Source: a virus (Duplodnaviria; Heunggongvirae; Uroviricota; Caudoviricetes). Taken from it: DNA of 64,000 nucleotides. A model generated the notes under the pieces. That model saw only the letters and a list, made by a program, of their open reading frames with translations, made no database searches and was not told the origin of the DNA. Shown here piece after piece: positions 1-8,308 of this stretch (positions within the stretch are counted from its first letter, which is position 1; every line of letters begins with the position of its first letter). The stretch is from the IMG/VR virus record IMGVR_UViG_3300047471_000949; one strand, given 5' to 3'. Both the position numbers and the translations under genes were made by a program.

Positions 1-90
1 AGCAGAAAATTATGCACAAAAGCTGACAAGCGATCGAATGAGTGTTCGCTACCGAAAGGCAGACTTCTATTATTCTGCTAAGGAGATAAA

Positions 91-279
91 ATGAGACCCG
101 ATATCAAAAATGCTTTAATCAACTTTGAAAATCGTCACCACGCCGCAGTGCAATGTGACACTGAACTTGGTTTGTCTGGTGACGATGTTTACTTTAGACT
201 GGAACGCACGGCAAAAAGGTTTTGGGCTGATTATTACGAAGCCAGAAAAGAACTTGAAGCGCTATTGGAGACATTATGA
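91..279 (+). CDS. hypothetical protein
   Basis: 62-aa ORF with AAGGAG SD upstream. Confidence 0.7.
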   Translation: MRPDIKNALINFENRHHAAVQCDTELGLSGDDVYFRLERTAKRFWADYYEARKELEALLETL

Positions 280-293
280 CCCCTAATCAGTCC

Positions 294-322
294 TTGACAG
301 AACTAGTTTCAATCGTTATGAT
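294..322 (+). promoter_or_regulatory. sigma70-type early promoter
   Basis: TTGACA (294-299), 17-bp spacer, TATGAT (317-322). Confidence 0.75.
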
Positions 323-366
323 TGTGATAATGTTCCATTATTTTTTTCCGTTTATAAAGCTGTAAT

Positions 367-999
367 ATGAAAAAACTGCTACTTGCGACAACAGTTCTGA
401 CATTGTTATCTGTAAATCCTGCTTTTACAGATATTCTCGTTACTGTTGATAAGCCTTCTCAAACTGTTTTCGTTGACGTGGATGGTGTTCAGAAATACAT
501 CTGGCCGACGTCGACTGGCGCGCCTGGTTACGACACCCCTAACGGAAAATACAACGCCACCTCAATGAACGAAATCTGGTATTCGAAAAAGTTCGATGAT
601 TCGCCAATGCCACATTCCGTTTTCTTTAGGACTGATGGTTATGCGATCCACGGAACCTATTCGGAGAAAAGTCTAGGGCGTGCAGTATCGCACGGCTGCG
701 TCAGGCTGTCCCGTGAAAACGCGACGACCCTTTATGCGCTGGTCGAAGAACAAGGACTAGATAAGACAACCGTTGTGGTTCAAGGAAACCTTCCTTCTGC
801 AAATCCTCCGCTTTATAATCCCCCTCAGCAATATCAAGCCCCGGCACAACAGTATCAAATGCCTCCACAACAATATCAACAACAACAACCGCCACGATAT
901 TACCCACAACAACCGCCGCAATACTACTATCCACAGAATCGACAACGCGACATTTATGTGAGGATCGGGCCGTTCGGCTTTGTTATTCGCATTCGATGA
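367..999 (+). CDS. L,D-transpeptidase (YkuD/ErfK family) with signal peptide
   Basis: AIHGT...SHGCVRL catalytic motif, N-terminal signal peptide, Q/P/Y-rich tail. Confidence 0.9.
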   Translation: MKKLLLATTVLTLLSVNPAFTDILVTVDKPSQTVFVDVDGVQKYIWPTSTGAPGYDTPNGKYNATSMNEIWYSKKFDDSPMPHSVFFRTDGYAIHGTYSEKSLGRAVSHGCVRLSRENATTLYALVEEQGLDKTTVVVQGNLPSANPPLYNPPQQYQAPAQQYQMPPQQYQQQQPPRYYPQQPPQYYYPQNRQRDIYVRIGPFGFVIRIR

Positions 1000-1007
1000 T
1001 ATAAATA
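1000..1007 (+). promoter_or_regulatory. T4-type late promoter
   Basis: exact TATAAATA 21 nt before ATG 1029. Confidence 0.75.
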
Positions 1008-1028
1008 TTAAAAACCTTGGAGAATAAA

Positions 1029-1733
1029 ATGCCGAAGTATTTGAGAGAAATAGTCGCCTTTCCCGACCAAGCAGCCTGGTGGAAAAGTCTAACTCCCAAA
1101 CAACAACAGCTTTATCTTCGCAAACACAAATCCAAGAAACACCAAAACGCGGCACTCAGGCTTAAAAAACCTAAAATTCCGACGCCTTCAAGAGCCCACG
1201 CAACCAGTGTCGAGGCTGGCAAAGTCTTTCAGAAGCTAAGCGAGAGTATGTGGGCGTTGTGTCGAAAAAATAACTGGGGCGATCCATTTACCTATGGCCG
1301 CCATCGAGAAATCGATATGGCCATCAAAATGGGTCATAGCATTGGGGAAGGTCAGAAGGGCGGCGCCGACGGTTATGACCAAAACAACCGCCCCGTAGAA
1401 TACAAGGCAACCATTGGAAGTAGCCTACAAGGAACCTATAACGGAATCAGTGTCCAAAACACACTAAAAAAACAGCGCCAATATATTTTAAAAGAGAAAA
1501 TCGGCAACTATCACAAACATTTTATCGCACGGTATGATGGTCCAAACATTGCTGAAATATGGTCAATACCTGGAGAAAAGGTTGTCGAAATTCTTTGGCC
1601 AAAAATAAAAAGTCAATATCTGAATGTTGTTGCGCGGAAAGACCCACGTATTGGAGTTAGTCTGACTGGGAAGGAAATTCGCACCTACGGCCATCAACTA
1701 AAGTTCAACCCAACCAAAGAGATTTATGAATGA
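1029..1733 (+). CDS. putative PD-(D/E)xK restriction endonuclease with N-terminal extension
   Basis: GADGYDQNNRPVEYK motif; ATGA overlap with a DNA methyltransferase; SD GGAGA (1019-1023) favours ATG 1029 over TTG 1017. Confidence 0.65.
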   Translation: MPKYLREIVAFPDQAAWWKSLTPKQQQLYLRKHKSKKHQNAALRLKKPKIPTPSRAHATSVEAGKVFQKLSESMWALCRKNNWGDPFTYGRHREIDMAIKMGHSIGEGQKGGADGYDQNNRPVEYKATIGSSLQGTYNGISVQNTLKKQRQYILKEKIGNYHKHFIARYDGPNIAEIWSIPGEKVVEILWPKIKSQYLNVVARKDPRIGVSLTGKEIRTYGHQLKFNPTKEIYE

Positions 1734-2308
1734 AAAGTCAAGACATTTTATATTCAGCTGGAAAAAACGATAATTGTTTAACGCCCGACTATGCTGTAAC
1801 ACCCATTCTGCAATTTATTCCAAAAGACGCAGTCGTATGGTGTCCGTTTGATAGTCACGAAAGCGAATTCGTAAAACAAATATCAAAAAACAATGTAGTA
1901 AGATATAGTCACATTGATTTAGGTCAGGACTTTTTTTCGTATGAACCCCGCGGCTGGGACATAATAATCTCCAATCCTCCTTTTACTGGTAAGAAGAAAA
2001 TATTCGAACGGGCTCTCTCGTTCAATAAACCGTTTGCCCTTATTATGGCCAATACTTGGCTGAATGATTCAGCCCCTATCCAGCTTTTTAAGGACAAAGG
2101 CCTACAATTGCTAATGTTCGATAAACGTATTCGTTTCATTATGCCGGATGGTCGCGATAATAGCAAGATCACATTCTCTAGCAGCTATTATTGCTGGAAT
2201 TTTTTGCCGCAACAAATCATAATGAAGACCTTAACATTACCAGAAAGGACACAAACCGATGCTCAACTTTCACGGCCTCGAAGCCCACTTCTCGCACAAT
2301 TCGTATGA
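1730..2308 (+). CDS. DNA N6-adenine methyltransferase (M.MunI-like)
   Basis: VWCPFD...QDFF...DIIISNPPF motifs. Confidence 0.85.
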   Translation: MKSQDILYSAGKNDNCLTPDYAVTPILQFIPKDAVVWCPFDSHESEFVKQISKNNVVRYSHIDLGQDFFSYEPRGWDIIISNPPFTGKKKIFERALSFNKPFALIMANTWLNDSAPIQLFKDKGLQLLMFDKRIRFIMPDGRDNSKITFSSSYYCWNFLPQQIIMKTLTLPERTQTDAQLSRPRSPLLAQFV

Positions 2309-2522
2309 TGTAGTGATAAGCCCAGCATTTCAGCAAATTTTTATTAATGCTGGCGAAGAAAACGGAATTGATGCTCAACTCCTTTTTGATCAGTATCTAA
2401 TGTGTGTGACGGGCCAACCGTTTGATGATTATACAACAGCAGATGTAGCAGCTTGTCAAAGAACAGCAATGAAGCAGGGTTTTTTGGCTAAAGCTGATGT
2501 AGAAATGATGCATACTTTTTAA
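2259..2522 (+). CDS. hypothetical protein
   Basis: 87-aa ORF, AAGGA SD upstream. Confidence 0.65.
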   Translation: MLNFHGLEAHFSHNSYDVVISPAFQQIFINAGEENGIDAQLLFDQYLMCVTGQPFDDYTTADVAACQRTAMKQGFLAKADVEMMHTF

Positions 2523-2542
2523 CAAGAAAAGATTGATATATT

Positions 2543-3229
2543 ATGGATTGGAAATTTATTGTTAAGGAACAAAGCAATAGAAATGAGGTCGAGAGACTTC
2601 AAAACTGGCTCCTACCAGAATACGATCACGGCTTTTGGAATGGATTAACACCCGCTGGTAATCTTTATCCAGGCCCTGTTGGCGATTGGTGTGACCACCA
2701 TTCAAAAAAATGGTTCTATCATATAAAAGGTGATAATATTGCTATTCAGGCCGGCGGCGCGATTGGTATGTATCCCCGACTGTTAGCTCAAAAGTTTAAA
2801 CTGGTATATACCTTCGAGCCTCATCCGGTATCGTTTCATTGTCTGAATATCAACTGCTCACGGGTCGATCATATCCTAAAATATCAAGCAGTCTTAGGAA
2901 ACAAAAATGACATTGTTCCAATAGCTTGTGATCCAGTCAATTATGGTCAGACCCAAGTTGATGAGTTCGGTCCACATCTTCCTTTTATCCCGATGTTTAC
3001 CATTGATTCGTTCAAGTTCAAGTATCCGGTTGATCTGATTGCCCTCGACGTTGAAGGTTATGAATATCAAGCTTTACTGGGGGCGAAAAAAACCATAAAA
3101 AAGTTTCATCCGACCATTATTGCGGAAAACTCAGACGACGATAGGTTCCGAGAACTACTGGTCGGATATAAGTTGGTCGATAAGTCCGTTCTGGATTCTA
3201 TCTGGGTATACGACCAAAACAGTTCTTGA
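2543..3229 (+). CDS. FkbM-family methyltransferase
   Basis: IQAGGAIGMYP, YTFEP and LIALDVEGYE motifs. Confidence 0.85.
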   Translation: MDWKFIVKEQSNRNEVERLQNWLLPEYDHGFWNGLTPAGNLYPGPVGDWCDHHSKKWFYHIKGDNIAIQAGGAIGMYPRLLAQKFKLVYTFEPHPVSFHCLNINCSRVDHILKYQAVLGNKNDIVPIACDPVNYGQTQVDEFGPHLPFIPMFTIDSFKFKYPVDLIALDVEGYEYQALLGAKKTIKKFHPTIIAENSDDDRFRELLVGYKLVDKSVLDSIWVYDQNSS

Positions 3230-3254
3230 CATTCCGTTTCTTTTATAATATCAT
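3217..3254 (+). promoter_or_regulatory. sigma70-type early promoter with AAACAGTTC upstream element
   Basis: AAACAGTTC-TTGACA (3226-3231), N17, TATCAT (3249-3254). Confidence 0.75.
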
Positions 3255-3260
3255 AATAAG

Positions 3261-4034
3261 ATGAAACCTAAACACTTTGCTGTTTTCGTGACAGTTCTCT
3301 GCCCGCAGCTTGCAGTGGCAGATGATCTTTATCTATCCAGTTATGTCTATTCTGAAACCCCAACCCCAAAGCCTGCTGAAATCCTTCACGAAACTCTGAA
3401 AGAAATTCCCATTGGGAACCCGCTTGACGAAATTCAACTGGCGTCAGCCGCGTTTGATCTAGATGACAATCTTATGAAAGCGGTTGCCAAAGTCGAATCC
3501 GATTTTGACCCCAATAACCGCACTGGCAAGTATATCGGGCTGTTCCAGCTAAGCAGAGAAGAGTTTGCTAAATATGGCTCCGGTGATATTCTGAATGTAC
3601 GGGATAACGCCGTTGCTGCAGCCGCTAAAATGTCGGCGGAAGGCAAACAATTTGAGATGGAGACCCATCAACCAGCTACTGCCCCTGATCTATATCTGAT
3701 CCATCAACAAGGTAAGCAAGGCGCTGAGGAACATCTGAGCCATCCTGAACGACCCGCGTGGCAATCAATGTGTGCCACCGATGAAGGTAAACAGAAAGGC
3801 GAGAGCTGGTGTAAAAAAGCTGTATGGGGCAACACACTTCCCAAAGTCAAGGAGAAGGTGAAAACTGTTGATAACTTCACGTCAGGAGATTTTGTTCAGA
3901 TGTGGCAGGAGCGACTAAACCAGTTCATCGGAGCAATTTTTAGTGTTTTTATTCCTCCTCATAAAAAAGTTGAGGTCGAGCCTCATAAGCATAAAAAGGC
4001 TGTCAAGCATCGTCATCGTAAAAACAGTTCTTGA
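3261..4034 (+). CDS. lytic transglycosylase (SLT domain) with signal peptide
   Basis: AVAKVESDFDP...YIGLFQL motif, N-terminal hydrophobic leader, basic tail. Confidence 0.8.
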   Translation: MKPKHFAVFVTVLCPQLAVADDLYLSSYVYSETPTPKPAEILHETLKEIPIGNPLDEIQLASAAFDLDDNLMKAVAKVESDFDPNNRTGKYIGLFQLSREEFAKYGSGDILNVRDNAVAAAAKMSAEGKQFEMETHQPATAPDLYLIHQQGKQGAEEHLSHPERPAWQSMCATDEGKQKGESWCKKAVWGNTLPKVKEKVKTVDNFTSGDFVQMWQERLNQFIGAIFSVFIPPHKKVEVEPHKHKKAVKHRHRKNSS

Positions 4035-4059
4035 CATTCTCCTCAATATTCATTATGAT
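4022..4059 (+). promoter_or_regulatory. sigma70-type early promoter with AAACAGTTC upstream element
   Basis: TTGACA (4031-4036), N17, TATGAT (4054-4059). Confidence 0.8.
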
Positions 4060-4083
4060 TAAATATAGCGTAAAGGAAAAGCT

Positions 4084-4257
4084 ATGACCTACAACGACCC
4101 AGAAGTAATCGACTTTCGTCCGAATATTGATGATGTGTCTCAGCCGTCTATTCGTGAACTGGTGTATAAGTGTTATGCTGGCTACTTCTCCGAGGAAATC
4201 GCTGTGGCTTATGCTCGTGAACACCTCCGACAAATAAAGGGAAAAATAGTCACATGA
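4084..4257 (+). CDS. hypothetical protein (57 aa, not in ORF track)
   Basis: MTYNDPEVIDFRP...; AAGGA SD; ATGA overlap with the next gene. Confidence 0.65.
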   Translation: MTYNDPEVIDFRPNIDDVSQPSIRELVYKCYAGYFSEEIAVAYAREHLRQIKGKIVT

Positions 4258-4526
4258 ACAATACCATTGACGAAATGCAGTTATTACGGCTTTATGATTG
4301 TGCAGTTTCCACGAGATGTGGTGCTGTTGACCAGGGATTCCCCAAAACAATGCAGGAACTCGCATCGCACGGTTTTGTCCAAAAAAAGGATAAAGGCTAT
4401 GTGGTTACGACTGAGGGATTGCTCTATATTAAAGTAAACAAAGATCGTCTTTTCGGAAAGCCACGACGCCGCAAGAAAGATAAAAAGTATGAAGAGCGCG
4501 ACAACGATTATTCGTCGGAGGAATGA
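4254..4526 (+). CDS. hypothetical protein
   Basis: 90-aa ORF in a coupled operon. Confidence 0.65.
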   Translation: MNNTIDEMQLLRLYDCAVSTRCGAVDQGFPKTMQELASHGFVQKKDKGYVVTTEGLLYIKVNKDRLFGKPRRRKKDKKYEERDNDYSSEE

Positions 4527-4529
4527 ACG

Positions 4530-4733
4530 ATGAGCTTTAGATATATCGAAGAAATGCGCCAAAGATTAGGGCTTGAACCTGATGACGAGATGTGCGATGG
4601 TCGTATTGAAAAAATGGAGCCAATTCAGCGGTTAGAAATGCTTTGTGGCTGGCATATAGGCGATCCAGATTGGGCATATCAGTTTCTAAACTGGGCACGT
4701 GACGCTGGATATAAAATAAAGGAACGACAATGA
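4530..4733 (+). CDS. hypothetical protein
   Basis: 67-aa ORF, GGAGG SD. Confidence 0.7.
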   Translation: MSFRYIEEMRQRLGLEPDDEMCDGRIEKMEPIQRLEMLCGWHIGDPDWAYQFLNWARDAGYKIKERQ

Positions 4734-4882
4734 AGAAAATCACTAAAACTACCTCTGCCTATGTTCTGGAACGCCGCGAGAACCCTGAGTTGCGTGATGC
4801 TGGAGACCTGGAACGGATGGCTCAAGCAGAAGCTAAACGCAGACGAAAAGCCCAGCGTCGAACCCCAAAGGATAAATTATGA
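4730..4882 (+). CDS. hypothetical protein (50 aa)
   Basis: MKKITKTTSAY...; ATGA overlaps on both sides. Confidence 0.6.
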   Translation: MKKITKTTSAYVLERRENPELRDAGDLERMAQAEAKRRRKAQRRTPKDKL

Positions 4883-5043
4883 CCAACCTAACACAGTATA
4901 CTGAATTCCAACTCATTATCGCGTATTCCTTAGTCTACGGATTACTGTCGGTAATACCAATCGTTTTTATGATCGGAATAATCACGGCAATCGGCGCTTA
5001 TTTCTTCCGCCGTAAAACAACCCGATCAACAGGACCAAGATAA
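4879..5043 (+). CDS. small membrane protein (54 aa)
   Basis: MTNLTQ...; long hydrophobic segment followed by RRK; ATGA overlap. Confidence 0.6.
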   Translation: MTNLTQYTEFQLIIAYSLVYGLLSVIPIVFMIGIITAIGAYFFRRKTTRSTGPR

Positions 5044-5058
5044 ACACAAGAGAATGAT

Positions 5059-5310
5059 ATGAGCCCGAAAAAGCTTCCTCCTAAGTTCGATGGTGACTAT
5101 CTCAATACCGTCTTTATGGTCGACCAGGACTCCAAGGCTTTTCAGATGAATGTGGAACCCAATGGCGGCGCATCATTCGATCTGACTGTTGCCGTTCTTG
5201 ATAAAAACAATAAGCGAACTGAATACGTGCTTACAGCAACCGGCGTTCAGCTCAAGGTTTTAGTGGGATTGATCCAAAATGCCTTAAAGGCAATGGCGAA
5301 TACGAAGTAA
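5059..5310 (+). CDS. hypothetical protein
   Basis: 83-aa ORF. Confidence 0.65.
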   Translation: MSPKKLPPKFDGDYLNTVFMVDQDSKAFQMNVEPNGGASFDLTVAVLDKNNKRTEYVLTATGVQLKVLVGLIQNALKAMANTK

Positions 5311-5345
5311 CAGTTCTTGACATAACTAAATCTTTGGTCTACGAT
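5309..5345 (+). promoter_or_regulatory. sigma70-type early promoter with AACAGTTC upstream element
   Basis: TTGACA (5317-5322), N17, TACGAT (5340-5345). Confidence 0.7.
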
Positions 5346-5966
5346 ATGTCGGCATCACAAAATCATGGGTTTTTATTCGAAATAGAAATCAGACAACTTC
5401 ATCCTGAGATGGCAGAAAGACCATATACTGATTCTCTTGATGGGTTTGATGGACATTCTGGTCTTTCTGTTAAAGTAGTAAAAGGACAGTCAAATATTGT
5501 GGCATGCTCCTCGCCTATTCATTTTTATGAAAATACTAAAAAATATCCCATGATAATGGTTATAGGAAGATGGCACCAAGTCGATGACTCCAAGGTGTAT
5601 GATAAGGTTCTAAAGATTAATATAAATCCAGACAGCCATAGTATGTTATGGAATGGTATTTCAGAACTATCGCTCCGTGAGTTTAATGAGTATATTACAT
5701 CTATTCCTTATGGACGAGAAGCACAACAAGATCATAAAAAACGTTGGAAGCATAGGCGTAATCTATTATTTCCTCAGAAGGAGATTATATATATAACTGC
5801 GAAAATTGGTCATGGTAATCAACGTCGTGTGCAATGTACTATTAATTTACGGAAACTAAAAGATTCAGGAATTGTTATTAATGAATATGATGATAATTAT
5901 TTAGGGATGCTATTACCGTATGTCCAAAAGAACAGTCCGCCCCGAATCCTTCGCAAAAAAACTTGA
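5346..5966 (+). CDS. putative type II restriction endonuclease
   Basis: QNHGFLFE...YTDSLD...LSVK pattern consistent with PD-(D/E)xK; overlaps the adjacent methyltransferase; start uncertain (TTG 5334 or ATG 5346). Confidence 0.5.
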   Translation: MSASQNHGFLFEIEIRQLHPEMAERPYTDSLDGFDGHSGLSVKVVKGQSNIVACSSPIHFYENTKKYPMIMVIGRWHQVDDSKVYDKVLKININPDSHSMLWNGISELSLREFNEYITSIPYGREAQQDHKKRWKHRRNLLFPQKEIIYITAKIGHGNQRRVQCTINLRKLKDSGIVINEYDDNYLGMLLPYVQKNSPPRILRKKT

Positions 5967-6786
5967 TCAATTCTATACCAACGAGGCTTATGCCAGACAT
6001 TTTATAGAAGTAACTCAACGAGTATGCGGGGACCTTCAGCAGTTCTCGTTAATAATAGAGCCATCTGCTGGAACCGGATCGTTTCTAAAACATCTTCCCA
6101 ATAATAGTATAGGTTATGATATTGATCCCCAAAGTTCTTCGATCGTCGCGCAGGATTTTCTGGAGGTTAAACACAAACCAGATAATATTCTTGTTATAGG
6201 CAATCCGCCTTTCGGGAAAGTTTCGTCATTAGCTATTAAGTTCTTTAATCATTCAGCAAGCTTTGCTAATGTTATAGCATTTATACTACCTAAAACATTT
6301 CGTAAATCAAGTGTCATTAATAGGTTAGACCTTTACTTTTCTTTAATATATGATGAGGAAGTGCCAGAACATTCCTTTATTCTTGAAGGTGTTCCTTATA
6401 ACGTTGCTTGTTGTGCTCAAATATGGCTAAAATCAGACCTAGAGCGGCCATTGATTCCAATAATGCGGCTTTCCCAATTAAAACAGTTCTTTCGAATTGT
6501 ATCAGCACAACAAGCCGATTTTGCAATTCAACGAGTTGGCGCCAATGCTGGTCGAATTAAATATGATAATTTTGTTGGTTTAAGTCCTCTGAGTAATTAT
6601 TTTATTAAGGTATTTGATAAAAAAGTTATAAGTATATTCCAGAATATTAACTTTGATATTGTTAAATATAATACTGCCGGAAATCCATCAATTAGTCCTA
6701 GTGAATTGGCTTCGCTGTGGGTTAAAAAAGCTTCTGAAATGAAATTATTTATTAATATAGTCCTTGACATCCCTGAATCTTTTTGA
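5920..6786 (+). CDS. DNA N6-adenine methyltransferase
   Basis: LDQFYT, IIEPSAGTGSF (SAM-binding) and VIGNPPFG motifs. Confidence 0.85.
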   Translation: MSKRTVRPESFAKKLDQFYTNEAYARHFIEVTQRVCGDLQQFSLIIEPSAGTGSFLKHLPNNSIGYDIDPQSSSIVAQDFLEVKHKPDNILVIGNPPFGKVSSLAIKFFNHSASFANVIAFILPKTFRKSSVINRLDLYFSLIYDEEVPEHSFILEGVPYNVACCAQIWLKSDLERPLIPIMRLSQLKQFFRIVSAQQADFAIQRVGANAGRIKYDNFVGLSPLSNYFIKVFDKKVISIFQNINFDIVKYNTAGNPSISPSELASLWVKKASEMKLFINIVLDIPESF

Positions 6787-6792
6787 TAATAT
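6764..6792 (+). promoter_or_regulatory. sigma70-type early promoter
   Basis: TTGACA (6764-6769), N17, TAATAT. Confidence 0.65.
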
Positions 6793-6821
6793 AATAAAAT
6801 ACCACCTGAAAGGAAAACATC

Positions 6822-7778
6822 ATGAGCGCAGAAGTAGAAACCTTTGCCTATAATAAGGCAGAATTACCATGGCACGGATTAGGAATCCCTGTCGAGGCCA
6901 ATCTAACACCTAAACAGATTCAGAAAGTAGCGAAGCTGAATTGGACTGTTGAAAAAGTTCCGTGTTATGCAATTATCAACGGCAAGAAAACTCTTGTCGC
7001 TCGACAAGCCTTGATCCGAAACTCCGACAACTCTATTCTCGATATTGTGTCGGATGACTGGAATCCGGTCCAAAACGACGAGGCATTCGAGTTCTTTACT
7101 GAATACTGTAAAGAAGGCGAAATGACGATGGAGACGGCCGGTTCGCTAAGAAACGGACAGATTGTCTTCGGTCTTGCCAAGATCAACGAGGCATTCGATC
7201 TATTCAAGGGCAACGATAAGATTCAGTCTTATATGTTGTTTACGAATCCCCACAAGTATGGCTGGTCGACCTCGGTGTCGTTCACGCCTATTCGTGTGGT
7301 GTGTATGAATACTCTTTGCCTCTCACTCTCGACTACAACAAACGATAAGATTGTGAGAGTGAACCATCGCAAGGAGTTCATTGCCGAGGAAGCTAAGAAA
7401 ACCCTTGGTATTGCTCGCAAGAAGCTTTCCGAATATAAGGAGCGAGCGCAACTGCTTTCGACACGCAAAGCTAACCAGACCGATATCGTGGAATACTTCA
7501 AGCATCTGTTCCCGGTGTTATCTAAAAAGGAAGAGCCGCGCGAGTTGTCGCTTCCTGCCAAGAAGCTATTGGAGACGGTTACCACCCAGCCTGGCGCAGA
7601 GTTCGGCGAAGGCACCTGGTGGCAGCCATACAATGCTGTGACCTTCTATCTCGATCACGAAGCAGGACGAACCCAGGACAGCCGGTTGACTTCGGCTTGG
7701 TTCGGAGCTGGACGAAAACTGAAAGTCAAGGCCCTGAACGAAGCTGTTACAAAAGCGCTTTGTTCGGCGACCGTCTAA
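6822..7778 (+). CDS. DUF932/DUF945 family phage/plasmid protein
   Basis: PWHGLG, YNPVQN-like, ETAGSL...G..VF and TPIRVVCMNTL motifs. Confidence 0.85.
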   Translation: MSAEVETFAYNKAELPWHGLGIPVEANLTPKQIQKVAKLNWTVEKVPCYAIINGKKTLVARQALIRNSDNSILDIVSDDWNPVQNDEAFEFFTEYCKEGEMTMETAGSLRNGQIVFGLAKINEAFDLFKGNDKIQSYMLFTNPHKYGWSTSVSFTPIRVVCMNTLCLSLSTTTNDKIVRVNHRKEFIAEEAKKTLGIARKKLSEYKERAQLLSTRKANQTDIVEYFKHLFPVLSKKEEPRELSLPAKKLLETVTTQPGAEFGEGTWWQPYNAVTFYLDHEAGRTQDSRLTSAWFGAGRKLKVKALNEAVTKALCSATV

Positions 7779-7969
7779 TGAAACTTCGGGCCTCTGAACC
7801 AACAAAAGCAGGCTATTACATTGAGCCTACTAAAAATGGCGATGTTTATGGATGGAACCTTTATTGGGGAAACATAAATATCGCCACGATGACAGCTTGT
7901 GATCTTGATCTAGAAGCTAAGCTTGATATCACTCGTCGGATTGTTGAAAGCTTCAACAAGGTAATCTAA
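7778..7969 (+). CDS. hypothetical protein (63 aa)
   Basis: TAATG-coupled start at 7778 preferred to 7619. Confidence 0.6.
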   Translation: MKLRASEPTKAGYYIEPTKNGDVYGWNLYWGNINIATMTACDLDLEAKLDITRRIVESFNKVI

Positions 7970-8090
7970 TTACAAACCACCAGCGGCCCTATACCAATGG
8001 TTTTGGGCTAAAGCCGATATAACAAAGCTGGTTTCGGCACTTTAAGTTTCCAACGGATTAACTCCTTGATTCCATTAAAGAACTTTCCCC

Positions 8091-8119
8091 TTGACATATC
8101 CTTAGGATTATGTAATAAT
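8091..8119 (+). promoter_or_regulatory. sigma70-type early promoter
   Basis: TTGACA (8091-8096), N17, TG-extended AATAAT. Confidence 0.6.
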
Positions 8120-8149
8120 AAGATAATGCCTAACTAACACGGAGAATGT

Positions 8150-8299
8150 ATGACTAGCATCAAGCTGATCAAAGCGATGATCCGCGACTTGGAAAGCGAC
8201 ATATCGAAGCTTCCGAAATCGGAAAAGGATCATATCCGGTCATTGCGGGACACCCGCAGAGCCCTGAAAGCTGACCTAAAAGCAGCTACTAAAAAGTAA
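8150..8299 (+). CDS. hypothetical coiled-coil protein (49 aa)
   Basis: MTSIKLIKAM...; GGAG SD. Confidence 0.65.
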   Translation: MTSIKLIKAMIRDLESDISKLPKSEKDHIRSLRDTRRALKADLKAATKK

Positions 8300-8308
8300 A
8301 TAAACTAA

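Noticed and set aside
1730-2308. Inferring CAATTG specificity from site avoidance
   Set aside because: CAATTG occurs repeatedly (for example 2105, 32275, 49561, 50401), so the sequence gives no support either way.
7975-8040. Structured RNA or pseudoknot after ORF 7778
   Set aside because: Only 5-6 bp alternative pairings; not distinguishable from chance or a weak terminator.
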